Notes under the pieces: model-generated | What the model was told of the DNA's origin: nothing | Seen by the model: only the letters and a program-made list of their open reading frames with translations | Database searches by the model: none | Translations under genes and position numbers: made by a program | Shown: piece by piece, positions 17,386 to 25,365 of the stretch | Position numbering within the stretch: the first letter of the stretch is position 1 | Layout of the letters: every line of letters begins with the position of its first letter | DNA from: a virus | Lineage: Duplodnaviria; Caudoviricetes | Strand: one strand, 5' to 3' | DNA: 53,305 nucleotides | IMG/VR virus record: IMGVR_UViG_3300043256_000158 | Span: 1-53,305 of that record

Positions 17386-17708
17386 TTGTCCCACTCGAAT
17401 TTGGGCGCGGCGGCGAGCATGGCGCGGTATCTCACTATGCAATCCCATGCGCGGGCTTTTGGATCGCCCAGGCAAGTTATCTTGTCCATGGCAAGAAAAA
17501 CCGCGTGAGGCAGATGCTCCGTTGTCTTGTCCGGCCATATCCGCCAGCCCTCTTCAGCGGCGGCTTCGAGGAAGGCCGGGATTACTTCATCAGTACGGGC
17601 AAGGGATTTGTGTTGAAAGCCAGCTTTTGCCCATTTGTCCGCCTTATCCCAGAGTGCCCATGCTTCTGGGTCAATCGCCCGCGCCACCTTTTCCCTTATG
17701 TCCATCAC
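17382..17708 (-). CDS. Hypothetical phage protein
   Basis: REKVARAI...YRAMLAAAP modules. Confidence 0.65.
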   Translation of the reverse strand: MMDIREKVARAIDPEAWALWDKADKWAKAGFQHKSLARTDEVIPAFLEAAAEEGWRIWPDKTTEHLPHAVFLAMDKITCLGDPKARAWDCIVRYRAMLAAAPKFEWDK

Positions 17709-17784
17709 GCCGCCTCATCCTTCTTGGGGGGCTCGGCCAGGGCCAAGCTGGACAGGAGGATGAGCGCGTGGGCGACGAGGGCTT

Positions 17785-18681
17785 TCATGGAATCGCCATC
17801 ATGATTTTCGCTGCGACTTCCGGGACAATGGCATTCCCGAAGGCGTGCAGTTTAGCCACTCGCTGGGGTATCCCATGAGCCAGCAAACAAATTCCGGGTT
17901 TAACGCGCCTCCCGTTTGAGTGCTCAGCGCCGTCCCACCCTGAGCGTAGAGATTCTTGCGATGCCCCGTATCGTCCGCACAGGGTGTCGTCCAAAGCGCC
18001 ACCTCGTCTGGTAGGTCGTTGCTCCAGTTCGGGTCCAGATACCTCTTGGCTTGCGCCCCTCGCGGCGTTCCGTCTCGAGCCTGCGGCGTGCTCCACAGAG
18101 CCGCTTTCACGGCTGTTGATAGACCGTCCCCACTGGTCTTGCTTGCTCCTTTCCTGTTGTGTAGCCCACGCACACTGACTGTAGGCCACAACCCAGACCC
18201 GATCCCGCCTGTGCGGCGCATCGACGGCACAAGCTGGAAGTATAATCGGCGGGCATACTTCGTACCCTTGGCTTTCCAGGTCAGCACACACTCGGTCGAT
18301 TGAAAGCCGGGGTGTTCCAGTAGGGTTCTCGTAAACGACGCGGCGCGCTCCGATTTCGGCAATAAGCCGAGCCATTTCCGGCCAGAGATAACGGTCATCC
18401 GATTCGCCGCGCATGGCTCCGGCAATGGAAGTAGGCTGACAGGGCGGGCCTCCGGTGAGCAGGGCATAGTCATCGGGCAGTCCGGCAAGCCTAGCGGCGA
18501 AAGCGAAGCCTCCGATTCCGGCGAACAGGTGGACCTGGCCGAATCCCTTAAGGTCATCGCCCGAGACCTCCCGGATATCCCGTTCGTCCACCTCGCCGGC
18601 GGGGATGTGGCTGGCTTCGATGAGGTTTCGCAGCCATTGGGCGCAGTACGGCTCGATCTCGTTGTAATAGGCCCATGTCAC
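17785..18681 (-). CDS. DNA (cytosine-5) methyltransferase, alpha polypeptide, permuted motif order
   Basis: YYNEIEP precedes FAGIGG; GPPCQP, ENP, APHRRDRVW, FGNAIVP; GTGA overlap with gcrA. Confidence 0.9.
   Translation of the reverse strand: MTWAYYNEIEPYCAQWLRNLIEASHIPAGEVDERDIREVSGDDLKGFGQVHLFAGIGGFAFAARLAGLPDDYALLTGGPPCQPTSIAGAMRGESDDRYLWPEMARLIAEIGARRVVYENPTGTPRLSIDRVCADLESQGYEVCPPIILPACAVDAPHRRDRVWVVAYSQCAWATQQERSKQDQWGRSINSRESGSVEHAAGSRRNAARGASQEVSGPELEQRPTRRGGALDDTLCGRYGASQESLRSGWDGAEHSNGRRVKPGICLLAHGIPQRVAKLHAFGNAIVPEVAAKIMMAIP
17799..18557 (-). CDS. Overlapping alternative-frame methyltransferase beta polypeptide (TRD-like repeats + motif IX); start uncertain
   Basis: 252-codon open frame; LWPTV/LWSTP/LWTTP repeats and LNPEFVCWLMGYPSEW, which the alpha frame lacks. 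Confidence 0.75.
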   Translation of the reverse strand: MTLRDSARSTCSPESEASLSPLGLPDCPMTMPCSPEARPVSLLPLPEPCAANRMTVISGRKWLGLLPKSERAASFTRTLLEHPGFQSTECVLTWKAKGTKYARRLYFQLVPSMRRTGGIGSGLWPTVSVRGLHNRKGASKTSGDGLSTAVKAALWSTPQARDGTPRGAQAKRYLDPNWSNDLPDEVALWTTPCADDTGHRKNLYAQGGTALSTQTGGALNPEFVCWLMGYPSEWLNCTPSGMPLSRKSQRKS

Positions 18682-19115
18682 GCCGCCTTCCTCCGCCACG
18701 GCTTGACCCAGCACCTGGCATGATGCGCCTCGCAGTAGCTCGACCCGCGCTTGGCCTTATTGCCGCAGCGCGGCGCGTCGGCGTAGAACTTGAAGTCGAC
18801 CCCCTTCTCGCCCTCGATCCAGGCGCAGAGCGCCCGGCGCGTCGGAGGCACGCTTGCCTCGCTCTCTGGCGCCGGCAGAGGCACGGCTGCGGCGCTTGCC
18901 CCGGTCGCCTGGGCGGCAATCTCCTTGCGCGGCGCCACTGCTGGGCCCCCGGTGCGGATCGGCGAGCCCCGGCCAGGCAGGCCGAGCCGGTGCGCCTTGC
19001 CCACCACGGAACCCTTGGTCACGCCCAGCTTGTCGCCGATCAGCCGGGCCGACATGCCGTCCAGCCAGAGCTCGCGCAGTTGCGCCTCGCGCGCCTCGGT
19101 CCAGGACAAGATCAT
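18678..19115 (-). CDS. gcrA: GcrA-family cell-cycle regulator
   Basis: WTEAREAQLRELW..GMSA..IG..LG.TKGSVVGKAHRLGL and C-terminal CAW...CG...SYCEAH. Confidence 0.9.
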   Translation of the reverse strand: MILSWTEAREAQLRELWLDGMSARLIGDKLGVTKGSVVGKAHRLGLPGRGSPIRTGGPAVAPRKEIAAQATGASAAAVPLPAPESEASVPPTRRALCAWIEGEKGVDFKFYADAPRCGNKAKRGSSYCEAHHARCWVKPWRRKAA

Positions 19116-19357
19116 GTCCTCAATCCCGCCAATCGCTCCGCTTCTCTCCGAATTCCATGGCTGATGCTGGTATGATCGCGCTTGAAATAAGCGGCAATGG
19201 ATTGCTGCTTGGCATCGGGAATTCGATGATAAAGCCGGTAAAATGCTCTGTACCGTGCCGCTACAATTTCCGCTTGCTGCCTGCGTCCCATGATTGCCGC
19301 GAACGGAATCCCCGTTTCCGCCGCCACCTCGTCTATGATGCGCGCGAAGTCTTTCAT
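19112..19357 (-). CDS. Stand-alone DnaA C-terminal-like HTH protein
   Basis: IIDEVA...IMGRR....IVAAR...IAAYFKRDHTSISHG. Confidence 0.85.
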   Translation of the reverse strand: MKDFARIIDEVAAETGIPFAAIMGRRQQAEIVAARYRAFYRLYHRIPDAKQQSIAAYFKRDHTSISHGIRREAERLAGLRT

Positions 19358-19761
19358 GCCGCCCGTGTCCCGCCCATTGTCTCACTGTCCAGAAAATCGA
19401 GTCGTTGCGTGCTGGCCCTGAGAGGCATCAGGACACGTAGGAAGCCTTCCACCTCTTCAATCCGCTTGGCGGTGTAGACGAGCGCCCCTGCCAGCGTCAG
19501 GCGTGGGTGGAGGGCCTTCTGTGGCTTTGACAGCGTGCCGCCAGGTGCTTTCAGCTCGATACAGATGGTGCGGCCGCGGTAGACGACGAGAATATCTGGC
19601 CAGCCGGGCTTGTAGCCCATGGCCTTGAGATGTGCACCGCGTACCTTGCCGCCGCCGCCGGCCGGAATCGTCGTCCACACGGCATCATCGGGCAGGGCCA
19701 GGTCGAGGAATTGTGCGACTGCAATATGCAGGGACTCTTCGGGGTGGTTGCGACGGGTCAT
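19354..19761 (-). CDS. VRR-NUC nuclease
   Basis: PEESLH...LKAMGYKPGWPD...IELK...LSKPQ. Confidence 0.85.
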   Translation of the reverse strand: MTRRNHPEESLHIAVAQFLDLALPDDAVWTTIPAGGGGKVRGAHLKAMGYKPGWPDILVVYRGRTICIELKAPGGTLSKPQKALHPRLTLAGALVYTAKRIEEVEGFLRVLMPLRASTQRLDFLDSETMGGTRAA

Positions 19762-19786
19762 ATCACCACCTCAAACCCGGACCACG

Positions 19787-20011
19787 TCAAACGCACTTAA
19801 TTAACGTAAAGCGTAAAGCCCCAATCCGAATTGATCGGCGATGTCCATTGCGCTCACTAAACAAACTATTCCGGTTCCACTTCACATTGACCTGCCATCG
19901 TCTCGGGAGCGGGACATATAGGAAACTTGCATTTAGACCGTCAGCCGGGTAGATATCTTTCCACGTCTTCACGCCCTCACCTCCACGCGCCCATCCATGC
20001 GCTTCTGCCAC
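19787..20011 (-). CDS. Hypothetical protein
   Basis: ORF filling gap; start uncertain. Confidence 0.4.
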   Translation of the reverse strand: MAEAHGWARGGEGVKTWKDIYPADGLNASFLYVPLPRRWQVNVKWNRNSLFSERNGHRRSIRIGALRFTLIKCV

Positions 20012-20060
20012 CGCCTGTCGAAGCCGCGGCTTTGCATCTTTGCCCCACGCCTGCGGTGGG

Positions 20061-20246
20061 TCATGTTAATACAACGCTATCCCGTTCAATCATGCGGACC
20101 GCAGGGTGGTAATAACCGCCCGTAAGTTTATGCGGGCCACAATGAACAGAGCCGATCCCGTAACTTTCGCTTTCGTGCCCACAGAACGGACAGACCATGA
20201 CCCGTGGTGTTCGTTTGTTCACATCTGGGTCAATAACCTCAATCAC
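20061..20246 (-). CDS. Small Zn-ribbon-like protein
   Basis: CPFCG...CGPH; GTGA coupling. Confidence 0.55.
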   Translation of the reverse strand: MIEVIDPDVNKRTPRVMVCPFCGHESESYGIGSVHCGPHKLTGGYYHPAVRMIERDSVVLT

Positions 20247-20596
20247 GTCCTCACCTCCACTGTCCCATCCATATACTTCCGTAGTCGTTTCTCGAAGCCA
20301 CGTGAGGCCAGCTTAGAAAAACGTCGCTTCTTGACCCCGAGGTGATATTTTCGCTGCCGATCGGCCTTCCTCACCATGCGGATGTCCACCGCCGAAATTT
20401 TCTTGTGGCACCGCACCCGCACGGCACGTAAATTCTCCGGTGTATCGGCGCCGCCAAGGGCAAGCGCGGTGATGTGGTCAAATTGGTAGCCTTCACGCCG
20501 CGTGAGCTTGACGTTACAGCCGCAGGCGCAGTGCAATTTCTGCCGGCGGAGAATGCCGAGGTAGGTACAGCGGGGAAATTTGCGGCGGCGGGTCAT
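20243..20596 (-). CDS. HNH endonuclease
   Basis: CACGC...FDHITALALGGADTPENL...CH. Confidence 0.85.
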   Translation of the reverse strand: MTRRRKFPRCTYLGILRRQKLHCACGCNVKLTRREGYQFDHITALALGGADTPENLRAVRVRCHKKISAVDIRMVRKADRQRKYHLGVKKRRFSKLASRGFEKRLRKYMDGTVEVRT

Positions 20597-20748
20597 GGCG
20601 ATTGTTCCACCTGCTCCAGCCGTTCTTTCGCCGCTGCGACGATCTCCAAAACATGCGCCGGGCGCTGGTCAAGCAGCCAAACCTTACGCTTGCGCGAGTA
20701 ATGGCACCGGATCGGGCCAAGAATTCGCTTGGCGCGGTCGAGGGTCAT
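20593..20748 (-). CDS. 51-aa hypothetical protein
   Basis: ATGA-coupled on both sides (hand translation MTLDRAKRILGP...). Confidence 0.5.
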   Translation of the reverse strand: MTLDRAKRILGPIRCHYSRKRKVWLLDQRPAHVLEIVAAAKERLEQVEQSP

Positions 20749-20933
20749 CGCAGCTTTACCGGAAGTGGTTTCACACGGGTTTCCCGAAAATTGCCCGTCA
20801 CGTCCAAGATGAAGTCCCTCGTGGCCGGACCACTTCGCTTGTATGCCCGCTCGAAAAGCTTCATTGCTTTTTCCATAGGCACCTCGGGGTCGGCCAGCGC
20901 ATCGAAGGCTTGCGCGTGCGTGACGTGGGTCAT
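20745..20933 (-). CDS. Hypothetical protein
   Basis: ATGA coupling; MTHVTHAQAF... Confidence 0.55.
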   Translation of the reverse strand: MTHVTHAQAFDALADPEVPMEKAMKLFERAYKRSGPATRDFILDVTGNFRETRVKPLPVKLR

Positions 20934-21277
20934 GCCATACCGATCTCTGTAAGGCGGATGATGACCTGCGTTTGCCGCCACTTCTTGCTTATTTTCGGGC
21001 CTTGCTTTACTCGCTCCCAAGCATGACGCGGTGCAATTTCGGCAGCACAGAGTTTCGCCAATTTCAAACTCGGAAAGCAGCCGATGATAAAACCTGTTGA
21101 AAGATGGTTTAGTACGAAGTTGTCAACAGACCACCTGACATAAGAACGGTGCTTGAAATTGTCGATCCCAAACGGCCCGTTGGTGTAGCCCTTCACATTG
21201 ACTTTATGCCGGACACCATCTATATGGCAGTCCACTTGGAAGCAGCTCTTTGCCCATTTTTCTGCCAGTTTGGTCAT
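20930..21277 (-). CDS. Hypothetical protein
   Basis: ATGA coupling, 115 aa. Confidence 0.55.
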   Translation of the reverse strand: MTKLAEKWAKSCFQVDCHIDGVRHKVNVKGYTNGPFGIDNFKHRSYVRWSVDNFVLNHLSTGFIIGCFPSLKLAKLCAAEIAPRHAWERVKQGPKISKKWRQTQVIIRLTEIGMA

Positions 21278-21490
21278 ACCAACTTCCACATCAAAACCGT
21301 GTACCCGAGTATGTCCTGCGGGCAGTCCCCGAACGCCCAGCCCTGCGCCAGCTTCACCAGCCAGCCAGAGGGGCCGTGGAGGGAGGCGTAGATGGTCATC
21401 ACAGCATCGTCGCCTGTTTTGGAGGCTTGGGCGGCTCGACGAAGAAGTCCGGCTGATCGTAAGCCTTGCGGATGCGGGCGCGGGCGGCGG

Positions 21491-21736
21491 TCATGCTGCC
21501 TCGGCTAATGCCTTGGCGCGGGTAATCGGAACAGCAAACTCGCCAAATTCCGGGTCGTTGACGATGAAGCACTCGACCTCGAAAATCGCAGGATCATGGG
21601 TCGGGGTCGCGGCCCATTGGGCCTTTTTCTGGCCACCTTGCAGGTTGCCGCCGGGTCTGATTTGTAGGGTTTGCCGCTCTGCCTCGTAGGTGCGTCCATG
21701 CGCCCAAAATCCCGGGTAGTTGACTTGGATTTTCAT
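21491..21736 (-). CDS. Hypothetical protein
   Basis: 81 aa ending ...LAEAA. Confidence 0.5.
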   Translation of the reverse strand: MKIQVNYPGFWAHGRTYEAERQTLQIRPGGNLQGGQKKAQWAATPTHDPAIFEVECFIVNDPEFGEFAVPITRAKALAEAA

Positions 21737-21788
21737 GGCCGGTTTTTTCTATGTTGAATGCACAAAAGTCACAGTTCCGCCCCCCCCG

Positions 21789-21855
21789 AAAAAGCCGCCG
21801 ACCCCTGGATGACGGGATGGCCAAAACCAGGGGCCGGCGCAAGTTCAGGGAGGTC
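21789..21855 (-). ncRNA. suhB/MmgR(alpha-r8)-like small RNA / terminator
   Basis: CCTCCCTGAACTTG anti-SD motif, long GC hairpin (GCCGGCCCCTGG/CCAGGGGTCGGC), then TTTTT. Confidence 0.6.
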
Positions 21856-21922
21856 CCGCCGCTGTGGCTGCGACGGGTCGTACAGCCCGGCGTCGGATTC
21901 CGGGCCGGCGCGCAAGGCGCGC

Positions 21923-22144
21923 TCACCGGCTGGGGGCCGGTGTTCTGTCATGAGATTTTGCCTCGTTGCGGGATGGGGTGGCACAGTGCCCGCAGGTCAC
22001 GGCCCCCGGCGCGTTGCCCTTGCCGCAGGCCGGGCAGAGCCAGCCGGTGAGCGGTTTGCCGAACAATTTTTCCAGGTTCGCAATACCGGGCTGGTTTTGA
22101 GCCCGCGTGATCGTTGCCTTTATGTCTTTCGGTTTGGTGCCCAT
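21923..22144 (-). CDS. Small Zn-finger protein
   Basis: GWLCPACGKGNAP...TCGHC. Confidence 0.6.
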   Translation of the reverse strand: MGTKPKDIKATITRAQNQPGIANLEKLFGKPLTGWLCPACGKGNAPGAVTCGHCATPSRNEAKSHDRTPAPSR

Positions 22145-22429
22145 CTAGTTCCCCGTCTTCCACTCGTCCTGCCGGTATTGCTCTTCACCCCCCGCCAGCA
22201 GACCGGAGCCAATTTCCGGCGCTGGGCATGGGTAACCCCCTTCATCGCCGTAGGTGCGCGGCTCCTTGACGTGCCGCCGCCGTGCGGTGCGGGCGCGCTC
22301 GAAAAGCTGCCAGATTGCCGCACCGCCCAGCCAGGTCCCTACCGTGAGCACGCCCCAGAAGATGACGTTCGCGATGACACCCGCGAAGTCCTGAAGCGTC
22401 GAGGTGATCGTGCCGAGAATGGCGGTCAT
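22145..22429 (-). CDS. Membrane protein downstream of cro
   Basis: One hydrophobic segment; ATGA coupling. Confidence 0.55.
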   Translation of the reverse strand: MTAILGTITSTLQDFAGVIANVIFWGVLTVGTWLGGAAIWQLFERARTARRRHVKEPRTYGDEGGYPCPAPEIGSGLLAGGEEQYRQDEWKTGN

Positions 22430-22647
22430 GCTACCCCCGTTTCGTCACCGCGAAAGTCTTGAGGAAGTTGGATACCTTTTTTGTTGGCCATCGCGGTAAT
22501 GTGAGGTCGCCAGCGCCAAGGAACACCGTTGACCTTCCATTTGTACACGGCTTCACGATCAACAACTTTGCCGCTCCGCTCGCTCAATTGAGCGGCTACA
22601 ACGGTTCCGTCCCCCAGACCCTCGATAAGACGCGCGTGTTCCTTCAT
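22426..22647 (-). CDS. Cro-like HTH regulator
   Basis: LIEGLG....VAAQL...REAVYKWKVNGVPWRWR; first gene behind divergent promoter. Confidence 0.75.
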   Translation of the reverse strand: MKEHARLIEGLGDGTVVAAQLSERSGKVVDREAVYKWKVNGVPWRWRPHITAMANKKGIQLPQDFRGDETGVA

Positions 22648-22656
22648 GGCGGGAGC

Positions 22657-22764
22657 ATTGTCAGAGAATAATTCTGAATTGTCAACCAGAATATTTTCCC
22701 TATATATATATCCGAGAAATTATCCGAATTAACGCTTGACATGTCCGATTTTAACTCGGATACT
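22657..22764. promoter_or_regulatory. Back-to-back PR/PL-like promoters with three operator-like sites
   Basis: Minus TTGACA(22685-80)-17-GACAAT; plus TTGACA(22736-41)-17-GATACT; TCMGA-N7-TCBGA at 22661, 22711, 22744. Confidence 0.8.
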
Positions 22765-22790
22765 CCCCTCCGTTAACCACGGAGGCACGC

Positions 22791-22901
22791 ATGTCCTGGA
22801 TGCCCGGCCTACCAGAGCGGATAGCGGACAAGATCGTTCCGGAGCCCAATAGCGGGTGCTGGCTTTGGCCGGCTCCGCTGGTCCGCACCGGGACCCCGTG
22901 A
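22791..22901 (+). pseudogene. Truncated HNH-endonuclease N-terminal remnant (36 aa)
   Basis: GGAGG SD; ...DKIVPEPNSGCWLWP then early stop. Confidence 0.6.
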
Positions 22902-22902
22902 C

Positions 22903-23175
22903 ATGGACACTCCCGACACCAGCCTGTCCGACGCGGCGATGCCGATTATCAACCCCTGGGTGATCGTTCACCAGCCGGGCGGTAAGGGCAGCAGCATCGA
23001 AACGATTTTGGCCGGACAGCCCGATAGCACCTACCGGAGTTTCGGTTTGGTGATCGCCGATATTATCCGGCACGTAGCCAATGCCTATGCCGTGGATGAA
23101 GCCGATGTTCTGGAATGGGTTCATCGCGAAATGGACAATCCCACGACGGATATCAAAAGGCTGCTGCAATCATGA
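22903..23175 (+). CDS. Hypothetical early protein
   Basis: 90 aa, coupled to next gene. Confidence 0.6.
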   Translation: MDTPDTSLSDAAMPIINPWVIVHQPGGKGSSIETILAGQPDSTYRSFGLVIADIIRHVANAYAVDEADVLEWVHREMDNPTTDIKRLLQS

Positions 23176-23546
23176 CCGCAACCGACACTCTCACCGCACA
23201 GCCGACGCCGGGGCCATGGCGGGTTGAACTTATGAAGCGCGCTTCTGGCTGGTTAATTCATGGGCCACAAGGTGAGTCGATTACAGACGGACCCATTTGG
23301 ACAAAGCATTTTGCAGCAGAATCAAAGGCCAACGCATATTTTATCGCCGCCGCCCCCGCCACCGCCGCCGAACGCGACCGGCTCAGGGAAGTGAATGCGG
23401 AGTTGGTGAGGACGTTGGAAGCCCTGCTGCACGAAACCGAGTTGGCGGGCAATGCTAATGCTGACGATTACGGCTGGCCGACTGTAGTGCCCCAAGCCCG
23501 TGCCGCCCTCGCCACCGCGCGCGGAGAGAAGGTGGGCGAGCCATGA
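23172..23546 (+). CDS. Phage early protein of TPGPW...ANA.FIAAAP type
   Basis: PTPGPW, ANAYFIAAAP, ARAALATARGE motifs. Confidence 0.7.
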   Translation: MTATDTLTAQPTPGPWRVELMKRASGWLIHGPQGESITDGPIWTKHFAAESKANAYFIAAAPATAAERDRLREVNAELVRTLEALLHETELAGNANADDYGWPTVVPQARAALATARGEKVGEP

Positions 23547-23800
23547 CCTTAGGCGCGCGGCTACGAATTGCTCGTGAGAATGAGGGCTTGAGCCAGGGCC
23601 AAGTGGCGAAACTCTGTCGGCTCGACCCAAGCACAATCTCATTCTTTGAGTGTGGGAAACGAACTCCAGTAGCGCGCAACATCCTCAAGCTGGCCGAGGC
23701 GCTGAACGTCTCAACAGACGAATTGCTTGGTCGGCGCGATATCGCGATTCGGGTTGTACCGTGTCCAAACTGCGGTGGCACTGGAAGGGTACTAACATGA
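23543..23800 (+). CDS. XRE HTH protein with C-terminal CxxCxGxG
   Basis: LGARLRIARENEGLSQGQVA...ISFFECG...LNVSTDELLG. Confidence 0.85.
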   Translation: MTLGARLRIARENEGLSQGQVAKLCRLDPSTISFFECGKRTPVARNILKLAEALNVSTDELLGRRDIAIRVVPCPNCGGTGRVLT

Positions 23801-23855
23801 GCAAACTTGCCCACTTCTATTGGCAGCTCCTGCCCAAGCCCCCCGAGCCCACGCC

Positions 23856-24125
23856 ATGACCGACCGCCCCGTCATAACCCAAATCCGCCAGCTCGCCGAC
23901 ACCCTGCGCGTCAGGGCCAGCCTGGAAAGCGCGAAGGCCGAGGAATACTGCACCCGTGAGTATCTGGATGAGTTTGCGCGCGACCTTGAGAAGCTGTGTG
24001 GCGATACTCTTACTCTTGCCCTGACGGCCCTGGATATTTTGGAGCGTGAGCGTGAAGAGGAATACGAGGCCAAGCGGTACGGCAACAGGCAGCGCAGGAG
24101 CGCGGAAGCGGAGAGTTTGAGGTGA
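23856..24125 (+). CDS. Hypothetical early protein
   Basis: 89 aa helical ORF. Confidence 0.55.
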   Translation: MTDRPVITQIRQLADTLRVRASLESAKAEEYCTREYLDEFARDLEKLCGDTLTLALTALDILEREREEEYEAKRYGNRQRRSAEAESLR

Positions 24126-24283
24126 TAGTTGTGAAATGGAAGATCAATACCGGATATCCCGGTGCTAGCCATGAGGGTGAATGGGAAGTCGAGGACGATA
24201 TCACCGACGATGAGTTGCACCAAATGATGGAAGAAACAGTGAACGACTACATCGATGCTTGGTGGAAGAAGTCGTCCCGATGA
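24122..24283 (+). CDS. Small acidic hypothetical protein
   Basis: GTGA/ATGA coupling; KWKINTGYPGASHEGEWEVEDD. Confidence 0.5.
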   Translation: MIVVKWKINTGYPGASHEGEWEVEDDITDDELHQMMEETVNDYIDAWWKKSSR

Positions 24284-24945
24284 ACACCCTCATAGCCGAA
24301 CTAGAGGCCGCGACGGAGGGGAGTCGGGAGTTGGACGGGCGCATCCACGAAGCAATTGGGTGGGTGCGTCTGGACACTTACGATGAATGCTCACAATTCA
24401 CACCAGGAGCACGGTGGGTTGGCGGAGCAGAATACTATGAATCCATGATTCGATATTATTTCCCGCCCGACCTTCGCCAGCAATGGGAAGAAATGTACCG
24501 AGATGAAACAGGAGAAGACCCACCTAAATGGAATGAGGAAAAAGCCAAAGATTGGTGGATGTCAGACCCTCATGATGAGCAATACCCATCAGATTACACC
24601 AACTCCCTCGACGCCGCGCTGACCTTGATGCCGGACACAGCTATAAATTTCCACTTATTCAGTTTTATAGGCCACGGTGTTGCCGAGTTCGGCAAGACGG
24701 CATGGGGGTTCGGGTTTGCCGACACTGCACAATTGATGGGTGCGCGCGCTGCCAAAGAAGACATTGAGCGCATGAAACACGCAGTGGGATGGGGCGAGTT
24801 TGTGGGGCCGCCGGTAATAAAAATGGAAAAAGCCATAGCAGGCCACTTCATAGAGTTTAATTGTCAGTGTGCCGCCACCCCCGCCCTCGCCCTTTGCATA
24901 GCCGCCCTCCGCGCCTGTCGTCAGGCAATGGAGAAGGTGACATGA
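24280..24945 (+). CDS. Phage early hypothetical protein
   Basis: LEAATEGSRELD...YTNSLDAALTL...ATPALALCIAALRA. Confidence 0.7.
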   Translation: MNTLIAELEAATEGSRELDGRIHEAIGWVRLDTYDECSQFTPGARWVGGAEYYESMIRYYFPPDLRQQWEEMYRDETGEDPPKWNEEKAKDWWMSDPHDEQYPSDYTNSLDAALTLMPDTAINFHLFSFIGHGVAEFGKTAWGFGFADTAQLMGARAAKEDIERMKHAVGWGEFVGPPVIKMEKAIAGHFIEFNCQCAATPALALCIAALRACRQAMEKVT

Positions 24946-25145
24946 CCCGCGCCGCCGCCACCGCCCGTTACTGGCTTGCCGCGAGTCTCGCGATGGAGGC
25001 CCATCGCAGCCGGCGCCGGAACTGCCTGGCCCTGCAAACGCTCGACGACATATGCAACTTCCCGCCCAGCGAGCGCCTTGCCTGTGCCGCCGGAGGAACA
25101 CTGGTCACGTTGGGGGAAGAAACGGGAGAACGCCGTGAAAATTGA
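24942..25145 (+). CDS. Hypothetical protein
   Basis: ATGA coupling. Confidence 0.45.
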   Translation: MTRAAATARYWLAASLAMEAHRSRRRNCLALQTLDDICNFPPSERLACAAGGTLVTLGEETGERREN

Positions 25146-25365
25146 CGCCAGGAGTTCAGAAGGGAACGCCTTTGCAATCATGGGATACGTGCAGCAGGTA
25201 TTCCGGGATACAGATCAAATGGACAAATGGCCGGAAGCCGAGAGACGCATGAAGTCCGGCAATTATGACAATCTGTGTGACGTGGCCGAAGAGGTAACGG
25301 ACGGCTCCATAACGATTGTCAACCGACATGGCGAGGTGCGGGAGAAGATGGAGGGAAGGGAATGA
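25135..25365 (+). CDS. Hypothetical protein
   Basis: EGNAFAIMG...MKSGNYDNL motif; GGGAG SD. Confidence 0.65.
   Translation: MKIDARSSEGNAFAIMGYVQQVFRDTDQMDKWPEAERRMKSGNYDNLCDVAEEVTDGSITIVNRHGEVREKMEGRE

Noticed and set aside
22729-22777. CtrA boxes in the switch region
   Set aside because: Only TTAAC half-sites; no TTAA-N7-TTAA spacing
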